From: Aliivibrio fischeri ES114
GTDB taxonomy: Bacteria; Pseudomonadota; Gammaproteobacteria; Enterobacterales; Vibrionaceae
DNA length: 32,000 bases
Strand: one strand, 5' to 3'
Assembly: GCF_000011805.1 (NCBI RefSeq)
Contig: NC_006840.2
Under the pieces are notes generated by a model that did no database searches, was not told the DNA's origin, and saw nothing but the letters and a program-made list of their open reading frames with translations. Shown here in pieces: positions 1-9,800 of the stretch; within the stretch, counting starts at the first letter, position 1; each line of letters starts with the position of its first letter. A program made the position numbers and the translations under genes.

Positions 1-164
1 TCTTGCTTAGCTTCATCTTCAATTAATTCACTTTCACCTAGAAAAGTAAAAAGCTCATCTGCGATATCAAGCATTTTGTCATAAGCATCGGCTTCCGATT
101 TAGAGGTAAAAGTCATCTTCTCTTCTCCGTTGCGCTCAACTACATATTTGACGATAACAGCCAT
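1..164 (-). CDS. yebG: DNA damage-inducible protein YebG, N-terminal part (3' end outside window)
   Basis: Reverse-strand translation from ATG (164-162) reads MAVIVKYVVERNGEEKMTFTSKSEADAYDKMLDIADELF..., matching the remembered E. coli YebG N-terminus (MAVEVKYVV..GEEKMSFTSKKEADAYDKMLD). AGGAGAG Shine-Dalgarno 7-8 nt upstream. Absent from the ORF track because the window edge truncates it. Confidence 0.8.
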   Translation of the reverse strand, partial: MAVIVKYVVERNGEEKMTFTSKSEADAYDKMLDIADELFTFLGESELIEDEAKQ

Positions 165-185
165 GGTCGTCTCTCCTATTTAATT

Positions 186-205
186 AACTGGTGTTTTATA
201 CAGTA
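186..205 (-). promoter_or_regulatory. LexA (SOS) box upstream of yebG
   Basis: aACTGgtgttttatACAGTa fits the gammaproteobacterial consensus TACTG(TA)5CAGTA (CTG-N10-CAG). It lies 22-41 nt upstream of the yebG start. yebG is an SOS gene in E. coli. Confidence 0.6.
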
Positions 206-311
206 AGCGAGCTTATGTGTCCACTTGGAGAAACGAAAGTTAGATAAAGTTAACGTCTAACGGATAAGACAAATTTTTATTTGTAGAAAAAAAGTTGAGC
301 AAGATTAATTA

Positions 312-334
312 AAGGTGTATTTTAAATGCAACTT
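312..334 (+). promoter_or_regulatory. NsrR-type operator overlapping the putative aox promoter
   Basis: AAGGTGTATTT-T-AAATGCAACTT is an 11-1-11 inverted repeat close to the NsrR consensus AAGATGCATTT-N-AAATGCATCTT. It overlaps a possible -10 (TATTTT, 318-323), which sits 17 nt after TTGAGC (295-300). Confidence 0.6.
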
Positions 335-345
335 TAATTAAAAAG

Positions 346-990
346 GTGAACAGCATGTCAAATTTTGAATTGAAACATAAAGCAACGAATAAAATTTCAG
401 AGAAGATCGCATATAAAATTACTCAATGTTTGAAGTTTCTTTTGAATATTTTTTATGGTTCAAAGTATGCTAAACGAGCTGTAATTTTAGAAACGATTGC
501 AGCAGTACCTGGAATGGTGGCTGGCATGTTCAATCATTTGAAAGCATTACGTAGAATGAAAGACGATCAGGGATGGATTCAAGAATTACTAAGCGAAGCT
601 GAAAATGAAAGAATGCATTTAATGATATTTCTAGACATAGCTAAGCCTCGTTGGATTGAACGTCTTTTAGTTTTGCTAGGTCAAGCTGTCTTTATTGTTG
701 TGTATAGCTTTATTTATTTACTCTCTTCGAAAATAGCTCATCGTGTGGTTGGGTATTTTGAAGAGGAAGCGTGTAAGAGTTATACGGAATATTTAGCTAA
801 GATTGATGAGGGGACTGTTGAAAATGAAGCCGCACCGCAAATAGCGATAGATTATTATCAATTGCCAAGTGATGCTATGTTACGTGATGTTATTCTTAAA
901 ATTCGAAACGATGAAGCAAAACATCGAGATCGTAACCATTCATTTGCAGATGCGTATGAAACTCACGATCTTCCTGCTCACCAGCGTTAG
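346..990 (+). CDS. aox: Alternative oxidase (cyanide/NO-insensitive ubiquinol oxidase, di-iron carboxylate family)
   Basis: ORF-track protein carries AOX hallmarks (LETIAAVPGMV, EAENERMHL, FEEEA, NDEAKHR iron-binding E/H motifs). The start could be GTG 346 or ATG 355 (AAGG 8-9 nt upstream). Confidence 0.9.
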   Translation: MNSMSNFELKHKATNKISEKIAYKITQCLKFLLNIFYGSKYAKRAVILETIAAVPGMVAGMFNHLKALRRMKDDQGWIQELLSEAENERMHLMIFLDIAKPRWIERLLVLLGQAVFIVVYSFIYLLSSKIAHRVVGYFEEEACKSYTEYLAKIDEGTVENEAAPQIAIDYYQLPSDAMLRDVILKIRNDEAKHRDRNHSFADAYETHDLPAHQR

Positions 991-1001
991 ATATTTGTTG
1001 A

Positions 1002-1027
1002 GATGAGGCTAAACAGCCTCATTTTTG
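1002..1027. terminator. Hairpin plus T-run between convergent aox and the LysR gene
   Basis: gatgaggct-aaac-agcctcat followed by ttttt. It overlaps the stop codon of the LysR ORF on the other strand. Confidence 0.55.
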
Positions 1028-1897
1028 TTGAATAAAGTTCATAAAATATTGCAGTAATGGCGTTTGGTATTTTTCTTTATGTACTAATAACCAATACTGT
1101 CTTGCCAATGTTTTGTTATAAGCCAATTTAACTAAGCGACCATCATTTATTGCGTTTTGTGCTGCGAGTTGAGATAAACATGCTAACCCCATATTTTCAG
1201 CACAACAATTAATGATCGCCTCAGTGGTATGAAGTTGTAATGATTCATGCCAGTCATTTAAGTTGGCGGCGATATGATTAATAAAATATTCGCGACTGCC
1301 TGAACCTTCTTCACGTAGTAACCAAGTTGAATGCTCTAAATCATCTAATGTCACTTGAGCTTTAGTCGCTAAAGGATGGGAAGGCGAGCACACTAAATAC
1401 ATGTCGTCTCGTCGCCATTCAATCATATTTAATTTTGGGTGATGTGCTTTACCTTCAACTAATCCGATATCAAGCTGAAATTCTAATAATCTATTGATGA
1501 TTTGTGCTGTGTTTGAAATAAATAGCTGCTGAATATCACATGGGTATTGTTGTTGGAATTTACTCAATAATACTGGCGCAATATGATTACCAATCGTATC
1601 ACTAGCTCCAATGTTTAATGAGCCTGTCAGCTGACTATCCGTTGCAAATTGGTGCTCAATCACTTCAGCTCGCTCTAATAGCTCATCTGCTAGAGGAAGT
1701 AATTGACGACCTTCACTATTTAATACTAAGCGGTTATTTACACGATCAAAGACTTTATAACCGAGATTTTTTTCTAATTCAGAGAGAGATAAACTTACGG
1801 CTGGTTTAGTTATATACAGTCGCTCCGCAGCTTTTGTCATGGTTTTTTCTTGTGCTATTACAGTAAAAACATTAAGTTGCTTGAGTGAAATTCTCAT
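1019..1897 (-). CDS. LysR-family transcriptional regulator
   Basis: N-terminal wHTH pattern (LKQLNVFTVIAQEKTMTKAAERLYITKPAVSLSLSELE) followed by a LysR substrate-binding region. Divergent from the TehA-like gene. Confidence 0.85.
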   Translation of the reverse strand: MRISLKQLNVFTVIAQEKTMTKAAERLYITKPAVSLSLSELEKNLGYKVFDRVNNRLVLNSEGRQLLPLADELLERAEVIEHQFATDSQLTGSLNIGASDTIGNHIAPVLLSKFQQQYPCDIQQLFISNTAQIINRLLEFQLDIGLVEGKAHHPKLNMIEWRRDDMYLVCSPSHPLATKAQVTLDDLEHSTWLLREEGSGSREYFINHIAANLNDWHESLQLHTTEAIINCCAENMGLACLSQLAAQNAINDGRLVKLAYNKTLARQYWLLVHKEKYQTPLLQYFMNFIQQK

Positions 1898-2032
1898 GAC
1901 AGGAAGTCCTAAATTAATTAAAAGCTAAGTCGTTAATTTTATTTTAACGCTAGTTTTAATTTATACAAATTTTATTAATGGATTGTTCCGATTAAAATAG
2001 CTCTATCGTTAAATAGTACAGAGATTATTGTC

Positions 2033-3022
2033 ATGCTTAATTATACAAAACAAAAAATAGCAGGAGCTCCGACTCCAATGGCGGGATTAGCTCTTGGCAT
2101 CGCAAGTTTAGGTTGGTGCTGGGAAAACGCATTACCATTAAATGGTTATGCACAGTGGATCTCAGCGGCAATTGCGTCTGTTTTATTATTGGTATTAGCA
2201 GTTAAATTTTTATTACACCCTGCTGTTTTATGGAATGAATTAGCGCACCCTGTTGTTGGTAGTGTCGCTCCAACATTTGCAATGGGTACTATGGTGGTAT
2301 CAGCTTCTATTGGGCATTTTTACCGTGCAGCGGGAGATGCTTTATGGCTTGCTGCGGTAGCTATTCATGTTATTTTCTTAATCTCTTTTATTTATCATCG
2401 AGCAAAAGATTTTGAACTGCATCATATGGTGCCAAGTTGGTTTGTGCCACCGGTAGGCTTAATTGTTGCTGATGTTTCTTTCTCTGGTAGCGCATCATTA
2501 ACATCAGTAGCTCATTGGGTATTAATGTTTGGTTTAGTTAGCTACGCAATCATGCTACCAATCATGATCTATCGTTTGATTTTTAGTCATGAAGTACCAG
2601 ATGCCGCAAAACCAACCATCGCAATCATGGCAGCGCCAGCAAGCTTATCATTAGCAGGTTATTTAACCGTAACCGCTTCACCATCGCCTGTAATCATTGC
2701 GCTTCTATTTGGTATTGCAGTGTTAATGACGAGTGTTATCTACATGGCTTTCTTTAAATTAATGAGACTACCATTTAGTCCTGGTTATGCAGCGTTTACC
2801 TTCCCTATGGTTATTGGTGCAACTGCATTATTTAAAACAGCGAACTGGATGTTATCCCAAGGTGTAGCGGCAAATTATGTTTACCAAGTAAGAATGCTAG
2901 CTGTTGTTGAATTAGTGATAGCAACTTGTGTGGTGAGCTATGTTGCGATTCATTATTTAGCTCATTACCGTCCAATTACTCGAATGACAAATCGTTTGGC
3001 AAATATGAGTCATGCACATTAA
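2033..3022 (+). CDS. TehA/TDT-family (SLAC1-like) integral membrane anion channel/transporter
   Basis: 329 aa and about 10 hydrophobic segments. Its pattern resembles the remembered Haemophilus TehA (GLALGIASLGW..., HP....f, IAIMAAPASL, AFTFP). Confidence 0.7.
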   Translation: MLNYTKQKIAGAPTPMAGLALGIASLGWCWENALPLNGYAQWISAAIASVLLLVLAVKFLLHPAVLWNELAHPVVGSVAPTFAMGTMVVSASIGHFYRAAGDALWLAAVAIHVIFLISFIYHRAKDFELHHMVPSWFVPPVGLIVADVSFSGSASLTSVAHWVLMFGLVSYAIMLPIMIYRLIFSHEVPDAAKPTIAIMAAPASLSLAGYLTVTASPSPVIIALLFGIAVLMTSVIYMAFFKLMRLPFSPGYAAFTFPMVIGATALFKTANWMLSQGVAANYVYQVRMLAVVELVIATCVVSYVAIHYLAHYRPITRMTNRLANMSHAH

Positions 3023-3103
3023 TTTATAAGCTTTTTTTCTCTTCAAACACATCCAGTTACGTTAAGCTATAGGAACTTTCATTTTCTTATAAGCGAGCTG
3101 GGT

Positions 3104-6100
3104 GTGTTTACTGTTTATCATTCAAATCAACTTGATGTTCTTAAATCACTTGTCGTTGAGTTAATTCGCCTTAACCCCCTTGATAACCCGTTCGAACAAG
3201 AGCAAATACTTGTTCAAAGTCCCGGTATGTCGCAATGGCTCAAAATCGAACTCGCAAAAGAGTTAGGGATTGCCGCTAATCTTACTTTTCCACTACCTGC
3301 TACTTTTATTTGGGACTTGTTTACTCAGGTGCTTGATGATGTGCCAAAGCGCAGTGCTTTCCATAAAGAAGCGATGACATGGAAAATAGTGACATTATTA
3401 CCTGAGCTGTTAAAACAAGAGGAGTTCGCACCTCTGCAGCGCTATTTAGAAAATGATAAAAACCAACTTAAGTGCTATCAACTGGCTGCAAAAATTGCCG
3501 ATATTTTTGACCAATATTTGGTGTTCCGTCCTGAGTGGATTCAACAGTGGGAAGCCGGAGAAGAGGTGGTCGAATTAGAAGGAGAGCATCCTTGGCAACC
3601 TACTTTATGGCGAGCACTTTATGATCAAACACTTGCTCTTGGTCATTCGCCTTATCATCGTGCCAATATGTTTGAGCACTTTATTGAAACGCTAGATAAT
3701 TATTTGCAAACGGGCACCTTATCAAAAGGGATGCCTAAGCGTTTGTTTGTGGTGGGCATCACTTCACTGCCTCCTCGTTATTTAGATGCGCTTGCGGCGT
3801 TAGGTCAGCATATTGATGTGCACCTAATGTTTACCAATCCGTGTCGTTATTATTGGGGGGAAATTCGAGACAGAAAATACCTTGCTCGTTTAGAAGCCCG
3901 TAATCGGCTGCAAGTTAAATGGCTAGATGATCATAGTGAGCATATTGGTGATACAGAACAGCTAAAAGGTTCTATTGAGGCTAATTTTGAAGATGAATTA
4001 CATACTTCTGAAGTGGGGAATTCCTTGCTTGCCTCATGGGGGAAATTAGGTCGAGATAATTTGTGCTTACTCTCTGAGATGGAAGCACAAGAGATTGATG
4101 CCTTTGTTGATGTTGGTAACGACAATCTTTTGCATTCCATTCAGTCTGATATTTTAAATCTTGAAGAGCGCAGTCGTGATGATGTGCTTGATAACAGTCA
4201 GCATAAACAGCCAATCAGTTCTGATGATCGTTCCATTCTTTTGCATTCGTGCCATAGCCCAATGCGAGAGGTTGAGGTTTTACACGATCAGTTATTGGAT
4301 ATGTTTGCTAGTGACCCAGACTTAAAACCACGCGACATTATCGTGATGGTGGCAGACATTAATGTTTACAGTGCGGCGATTCAAGCCGTCTTTGGTAATG
4401 CGGCGTTTGATCGTTATATTCCTTTTGCGATTTCCGATCAAAGTGCTGAGCAAGAAAACCCAGTGTTATTGGCTTTCATGACCTTGATGGCGCTGCCTGA
4501 GAATCGCTGTGGTCTTTCTGAATTGCTCACATTATTGGAAGTCCCTGCCGTAATGTCTCGTTTTAAATTCAATGCCGAGCAATTTGAAATTGTGAAACGT
4601 TGGGCTGAAGAAACTGGGATTCGTTGGGGGCTAGATAACAGCACATCTGCACAGTTTGATCTTCCTGAACACAATCAAAACTCTTGGTTATTTGGTATTC
4701 AACGCATGTTGCTTGGTTATGCGATGGAGCAAGGTGCTGGGCTATTCGAAGGCATGGCGAGTTACGAGCAAGTGCAGGGCATGAATGCGGAAATTGCCGG
4801 TAACTTAGCGCAGTTTATTGATCAGCTTTTGACTTATCAGATCATCCTAGGCCAACCGCATGCAATTACGAAATGGCGAACCACCATCAACCAATTAATG
4901 GATGATTTTTTAGATGTTGAATTAGAAGGTGAATTGGTCGTTAAAAGCATTCGAGATCAACTGCAAAAACTGGAAGAAAATCTAGAAGATGCGGGTTTTG
5001 ATGCGCCAATCTCAGCGCCAATTATTAATAATTATCTGAAAAATAATTTATCTGGCGGTAAAGCGAGTCAACGATTCTTAGCGGGACAAGTTAACTTCTG
5101 TACCTTAATGCCAATGCGTTCTATTCCATTTGATGTGGTGTGTTTGCTTGGGATGACGGATGGATCTTACCCTAGAACCATGCCTGTTGAAGGTTTCGAT
5201 TTAATGCAAAAACGCATGAAACCGGGTGACCGTTCACGTCGAGATGATGATAGATATCTGTTTTTAGAAGCGCTGCAATCGGCAAATAAAGCGTTTTATT
5301 TAAGTTATATTGGGCGTTCAATTCGCGATAACACAGAAAAAGCACCGTCAGTATTAGTCAGTGAGCTACTTGAATATTGCCAGCAAGGTTACTGCCTAGA
5401 GGGTGATAATGAGCTAAACCCTGAAGCATCCGCAAAACGCTTGGTTAAGCAATTAACCATAGAACATCCTTTGGTTCCTTACAGCCAACAAAGTTTCATT
5501 GGTGACAACATAAGTTATGCAAGTGAGTGGTTACCAACGGCCAAATTAGAAGGGGCAGCGGCACCTGAGTTTCAGACTGCGCCATTAGTGTACGCTCCAG
5601 AAACAAAAGAGTTAGAGTTGACTGAACTGCAACGTTTTTGGCGTTTACCTGTCGCTTATTTCTTTAACCGTGGCTTAAAAGTCTTTTTTGAATCGGTAGA
5701 GAGTCGAGTTGAAGATGATGAGCCGTTTACCATCGATGGTCGTACTGGCTATGGTATGAAATCGGATCTATTAGAGGACTTATTGGCCTATGATGATCCT
5801 AACCATGTATCCCAAATCTCCCGTGATTTTTATCAGCAGCAAAAAGCCCAAGGTAAATTACCGATTGGTAGCTTTGGTGAAATAACAGCAGATAAAGAAG
5901 TGAACACGGTAAAAGATTTGGTTGCTCATATTCAACCATTAACGACGTTACCATTAGACGATCAAGAAGTACGTTTACGCTTTGCCTTCCCTCATGGTGA
6001 AATGGAACTGCAAGGTTGGTTAAAACAGCGTTATCAGGCAGGAATGTTGCGTTATCGTGGTGGTAAAATTCGTTCACATGAAATTCTAGCAACTTGGATT

Positions 6101-6523
6101 GATCACCTGTGTTTGTGTGCAATGGGCCAGCAGCAATTGACTCATCTATTTGGTACGGATGCGATTTATCATTTTGGAACCATCGAAAAAGAAAAAGCAT
6201 ACCAAGAACTAGAGACTATATTAAGTCTTTATATTTCAGGTAATTGCGCACCGTTAGCTTATTTACCAAAAGCGGCATTAGCAGGGCTCGAAGCACACGT
6301 TGATAAAAAAGGTGTGTGGAATGATGACGAAGAAACGCATCAAAAAGCCCTGAAAAAAATGGCAGATGAATACAATGGAACCCGCTTTGCTGGTGAAAAT
6401 AGCAATGATTATGTGATACGCATGTGGCCAGAATGGAATGATGAGTTTGGTCAGGTTATTTTTGATAATGCTCAAAAGGTGTTACGCAATGCATTGTTGC
6501 ATAGCGAGAAAGAAAAATTATAA
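3104..6523 (+). CDS. recC: Exodeoxyribonuclease V subunit gamma RecC
   Basis: GTG start. The N-terminus MFTVYHSNQLDVL...QSPGMSQWL..FPLPATFIWD parallels E. coli RecC. 1139 aa. Confidence 0.95.
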   Translation: MFTVYHSNQLDVLKSLVVELIRLNPLDNPFEQEQILVQSPGMSQWLKIELAKELGIAANLTFPLPATFIWDLFTQVLDDVPKRSAFHKEAMTWKIVTLLPELLKQEEFAPLQRYLENDKNQLKCYQLAAKIADIFDQYLVFRPEWIQQWEAGEEVVELEGEHPWQPTLWRALYDQTLALGHSPYHRANMFEHFIETLDNYLQTGTLSKGMPKRLFVVGITSLPPRYLDALAALGQHIDVHLMFTNPCRYYWGEIRDRKYLARLEARNRLQVKWLDDHSEHIGDTEQLKGSIEANFEDELHTSEVGNSLLASWGKLGRDNLCLLSEMEAQEIDAFVDVGNDNLLHSIQSDILNLEERSRDDVLDNSQHKQPISSDDRSILLHSCHSPMREVEVLHDQLLDMFASDPDLKPRDIIVMVADINVYSAAIQAVFGNAAFDRYIPFAISDQSAEQENPVLLAFMTLMALPENRCGLSELLTLLEVPAVMSRFKFNAEQFEIVKRWAEETGIRWGLDNSTSAQFDLPEHNQNSWLFGIQRMLLGYAMEQGAGLFEGMASYEQVQGMNAEIAGNLAQFIDQLLTYQIILGQPHAITKWRTTINQLMDDFLDVELEGELVVKSIRDQLQKLEENLEDAGFDAPISAPIINNYLKNNLSGGKASQRFLAGQVNFCTLMPMRSIPFDVVCLLGMTDGSYPRTMPVEGFDLMQKRMKPGDRSRRDDDRYLFLEALQSANKAFYLSYIGRSIRDNTEKAPSVLVSELLEYCQQGYCLEGDNELNPEASAKRLVKQLTIEHPLVPYSQQSFIGDNISYASEWLPTAKLEGAAAPEFQTAPLVYAPETKELELTELQRFWRLPVAYFFNRGLKVFFESVESRVEDDEPFTIDGRTGYGMKSDLLEDLLAYDDPNHVSQISRDFYQQQKAQGKLPIGSFGEITADKEVNTVKDLVAHIQPLTTLPLDDQEVRLRFAFPHGEMELQGWLKQRYQAGMLRYRGGKIRSHEILATWIDHLCLCAMGQQQLTHLFGTDAIYHFGTIEKEKAYQELETILSLYISGNCAPLAYLPKAALAGLEAHVDKKGVWNDDEETHQKALKKMADEYNGTRFAGENSNDYVIRMWPEWNDEFGQVIFDNAQKVLRNALLHSEKEKL

Positions 6524-6542
6524 AAGTGGTTATCAGTAGGAA

Positions 6543-6706
6543 GTAGGGTGGCCGCCAGTAAATCATTTTTAGTGTAGGGCGTTCGCTGTACGGCCACAGG
6601 TCAGAGGTTGACCGAATCCTGATTACAAGTGCACATTTAATGAGCGCTTTGTAAGTGGCGCTGAGTGTAACAAAGCTCAAAAAGTGAACCGTGAGAAAGA
6701 TCTCAC
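6543..6706. other. GC-rich structured intergenic element (four stem-loops) in the recC-recB spacer
   Basis: Stems gtggccg(6548-6554)/cggccac(6591-6597), ggtca/tgacc (6599-6613), agcgc/gcgct (6643-6662) and gtgaga/tctcac (6691-6706). It looks clearly more GC-rich than the flanking AT-rich DNA. No credible ORF. Confidence 0.3.
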
Positions 6707-6814
6707 ATTGATAGCTTTATTATTTTTATTATCTTAGTTTCTAATGAACTACGATATGGATCACATAAATATCTTGTAAAAACAGGATGTTGATGTTTAA
6801 AACGGTGATGTTTG

Positions 6815-9800
6815 ATGACGACAATCGCAGCTCCAAATCAATTGAATGCAATGACGTTTCCTCTGCACGGAACTCGTCTGATTGAAGCTTCTGCAGGTAC
6901 AGGTAAAACCTTTACCATTGCTAGTTTGTATTTACGTTTATTACTTGGTCATGGTGATGAAGGCACTCGACATCAAGAAGAGTTAACCGTAGATAGAATA
7001 TTGGTAGTGACGTTTACAGAAGCGGCAACTGCCGAGTTAAGAGAGCGTATTCGAGCAAAAATACATGATGCTCGTTTAGCGTTTGCTCGTGCTGTGCATA
7101 ACAACGGTTATAAGAGTGGTGATCCGGTTATTGATCCATTGTTGGCATCTATTGGTGACCATAAGTCGGCGGCACAGATCCTTTTGAATGCTGAACGCAG
7201 CATGGATGAAGCCTCTATCTTTACCATTCATGGTTTTTGTCAACGTATGCTAACTCAAAATGCCTTTGAGTCTGGTGCGCAATTTGAGAGTGAGTTTGTT
7301 ACCGACCAAGCGAAATTAATGCATCAAGTGGCAGCCGATTTTTGGCGTCGCAGTTTTTATCACCTACCTAAAATGGTGGCTGAAAGTGTTTATGATTGTT
7401 GGTCAAGCCCATCGGCATTATTAGGTGATATGGGTAATAGTCTTACTGGTGTCCCAAAGCATTTAACCGTAGAGCCACTAGAAAATTCATTAGAAGAGTT
7501 TTGTCAGCAAGGCATTGCTCGTATTGATGAATTAAAAAAACAGTGGTCAGAACATTGCGCCGATTTTGAAGCGTTAATTGCAGGCTCTGGTGTTGATAAA
7601 CGTAGCTACACTAAAAAGAATTTACCGAATTGGTTAGAGCAAGTTTCATCGTGGGCCAATAACCCAACCACCTCATTGCAAGTGCACGATAAGCTAGAAA
7701 AGTTTTCTCAAGAATTATTAATTGAAAAAACCAAAAAGGGCGAAGCGCCAGAACACGCCGTATTTAAACTTATTGATGATTTTCTAGCTCAATCATTAGA
7801 GATCAAGCAGCCACTACTATCATTAGCGATTCATCGATGTCGTAAAACTTTACAGCAAGCGAAAGAGCAAAAAAATTGGTTATCGTTTGATGATTTGCTG
7901 ACTCAATTATCTCAAGCGACAGAAAATCAAGATAACGCCTTATTACTAGAAAAGATCCGTGAACAATACCCTGTGGCGTTGATCGATGAATTCCAAGATA
8001 CCGATCCGCTGCAATATTCGATTTTTAGTACGCTTTATCAAGATCAGCCACAATGTGGTTTATTTATGATTGGCGACCCAAAACAAGCGATTTACGCCTT
8101 CCGTGGTGCGGATATTTTTACCTATATTCAAGCTCGTCGCCAAGTGGTGGATCATTACACTTTGGATACTAACTGGCGCTCAACGGCGGATATGGTGTCG
8201 TCAGTGAACCGTATTTTTGAACATGGCAAACAGCCTTTTTTGTACGATGACGATATTCCATTTTATCCGGTTAAATATAACCCTGTTAATGCCGAGCAAA
8301 AATCATGGGCGCTAGATAATCACACTCAGCCAGCCATGACATTCTGGTTGCAAGAGAGTAAAGATGGTAACCCGGTAAATAAAACCAGTTATCAGCGTGT
8401 GATGGCAGAATCAACAGCCGCACAAATTCAAACCATTTTGACAGGGGCGCAGCAAGGCTCAGCGTATTTACAAAACGGTGAGAAAAAACAAGCCATCAAA
8501 GCGGGTGATATTGCGGTGCTGGTTCGTACTGGTAAAGAAGGTAAATTAGTTCGTGAAGCCTTATCAAAACAAGGTATCGCCAGTGTTTATTTATCTAACC
8601 GTGATAGTGTATTTTCTTCTCCATTAGCGAAAGATGTATTGCGTTTATTGCAAGCGGCCATGACGCCGACAGATGCAAGGGCGGTTCGTTCAGCGCTGGC
8701 ATCGTCATTATTTGCTTATACTGCGGATCAATTGCATCAGTTTAATGTGGATGAAATGCAGTGGGAGCAAGCGGTTAATGAGTTTCGTGCCTACCGTAAG
8801 CATTGGCAACAACGTGGCATTATGCCGATGTTGCATCAAATCATTACTCAGCAAGGGATCTCTGAGCGCTTACTCGCAGAAAACGGTGGTGAGCGCCAAC
8901 TAACTGACTTATTGCATATTGGTGAATTACTGCAGCAAACTAGCCAAACCTTAGACAGTGATTATGGATTATTACGTTGGTTGTCTGACTCTATTTCTGA
9001 GCCTAATGGTGATTCAGAAGAGCAGACGGTACGTCTAGAATCAGAGCGTAACTTGGTGCAAATTGTCACTATTCATAAGTCCAAAGGGTTGGAATATGAC
9101 TTAGTCTTTTTGCCTTTTGTTTGCTTATATCGTGCGGTAGACAAAAAAGGTGAAGTCAGTTTTTATGATGAAGATAATCGTTACTCGGTGTTGGATTTAT
9201 TAAAAGAAGACGATTCCGTTGAGAAGGCAGAAAAAGAGCGTTTAGCTGAAGATTTACGTTTGATTTATGTAGCGCTGACTCGTGCGGTTTATGCTTGTTA
9301 TATCGGCATGGCACCTATCACCAAAGGCATCTCGAAAAAGCCACCAACGGGTGTGCATCTATCGGGGTTAGGTTATCTAATTCAACAGGCAGACGAATGT
9401 AATGTTGAAGAGCTGCAAGCTTGTTTAGAAAAGTTGATTGTAGGCAATTCGCCTATGGTGATCCAATCACCTCAAACCATCATCGATGAGCTGTATCAAG
9501 AGGTTCAAGATGAGCATATTGAACTGTACGCTAATAAGTTAATTGAACCTGTGAAAAGTAATTGGTGGATGACCAGTTATTCTGGATTAGTCAAACAAGG
9601 CAATCACCATAATGATACTTCATTAGAGCTTATTAATTTAGATATCGATTCAGCAGAAGATAAAGACGATAAAGAGTTGGATTTAGAGCCAGAGCGAACC
9701 ATCTTTACTTTCCCACGTGGAGCGAGGGCGGGTACGTTTTTACACTCATTGTTTGAAGAGGTGGAATTTACTCAGCCCATCACCAGTGAAGAAAATACGC

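Noticed and set aside
3931-6475. Several 65-133-aa antisense ORFs nested in recC, with similar ones in recB, recD, argA, csdA, the DGC gene, syd and yaiI (e.g. 5799-6200, 10819-11205, 13425-13861, 18011-18603, 24318-24641, 30853-31107)
   Set aside because: Each lies entirely within a strongly supported gene on the opposite strand or in another frame. They have odd amino-acid composition and no homology I recognise. These are typical shadow ORFs.
6456-6680. 74-aa minus-strand ORF spanning the recC 3' end and the recC-recB spacer
   Set aside because: It is antisense to the recC terminus and has no start context. Its composition is driven by the GC-rich hairpin element. Treated as non-coding.
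6655-6700. GTAACAAAG resembles the integron attC/VCR core (TAACAAA)
   Set aside because: No matching inverse core (GTTRRRY partner at the expected spacing), no integrase and no cassette array. This is an isolated heptamer match.
6702-6714. 13-mer ctcacattgatag repeated at 25888-25900, and 14-mer ataaatattgatgt at 21674 and 31684
   Set aside because: My back-of-envelope expectation for exact 13-14-mers recurring by chance in 32 kb of AT-rich DNA (both strands) is well above one pair. No extended similarity flanks the matches.
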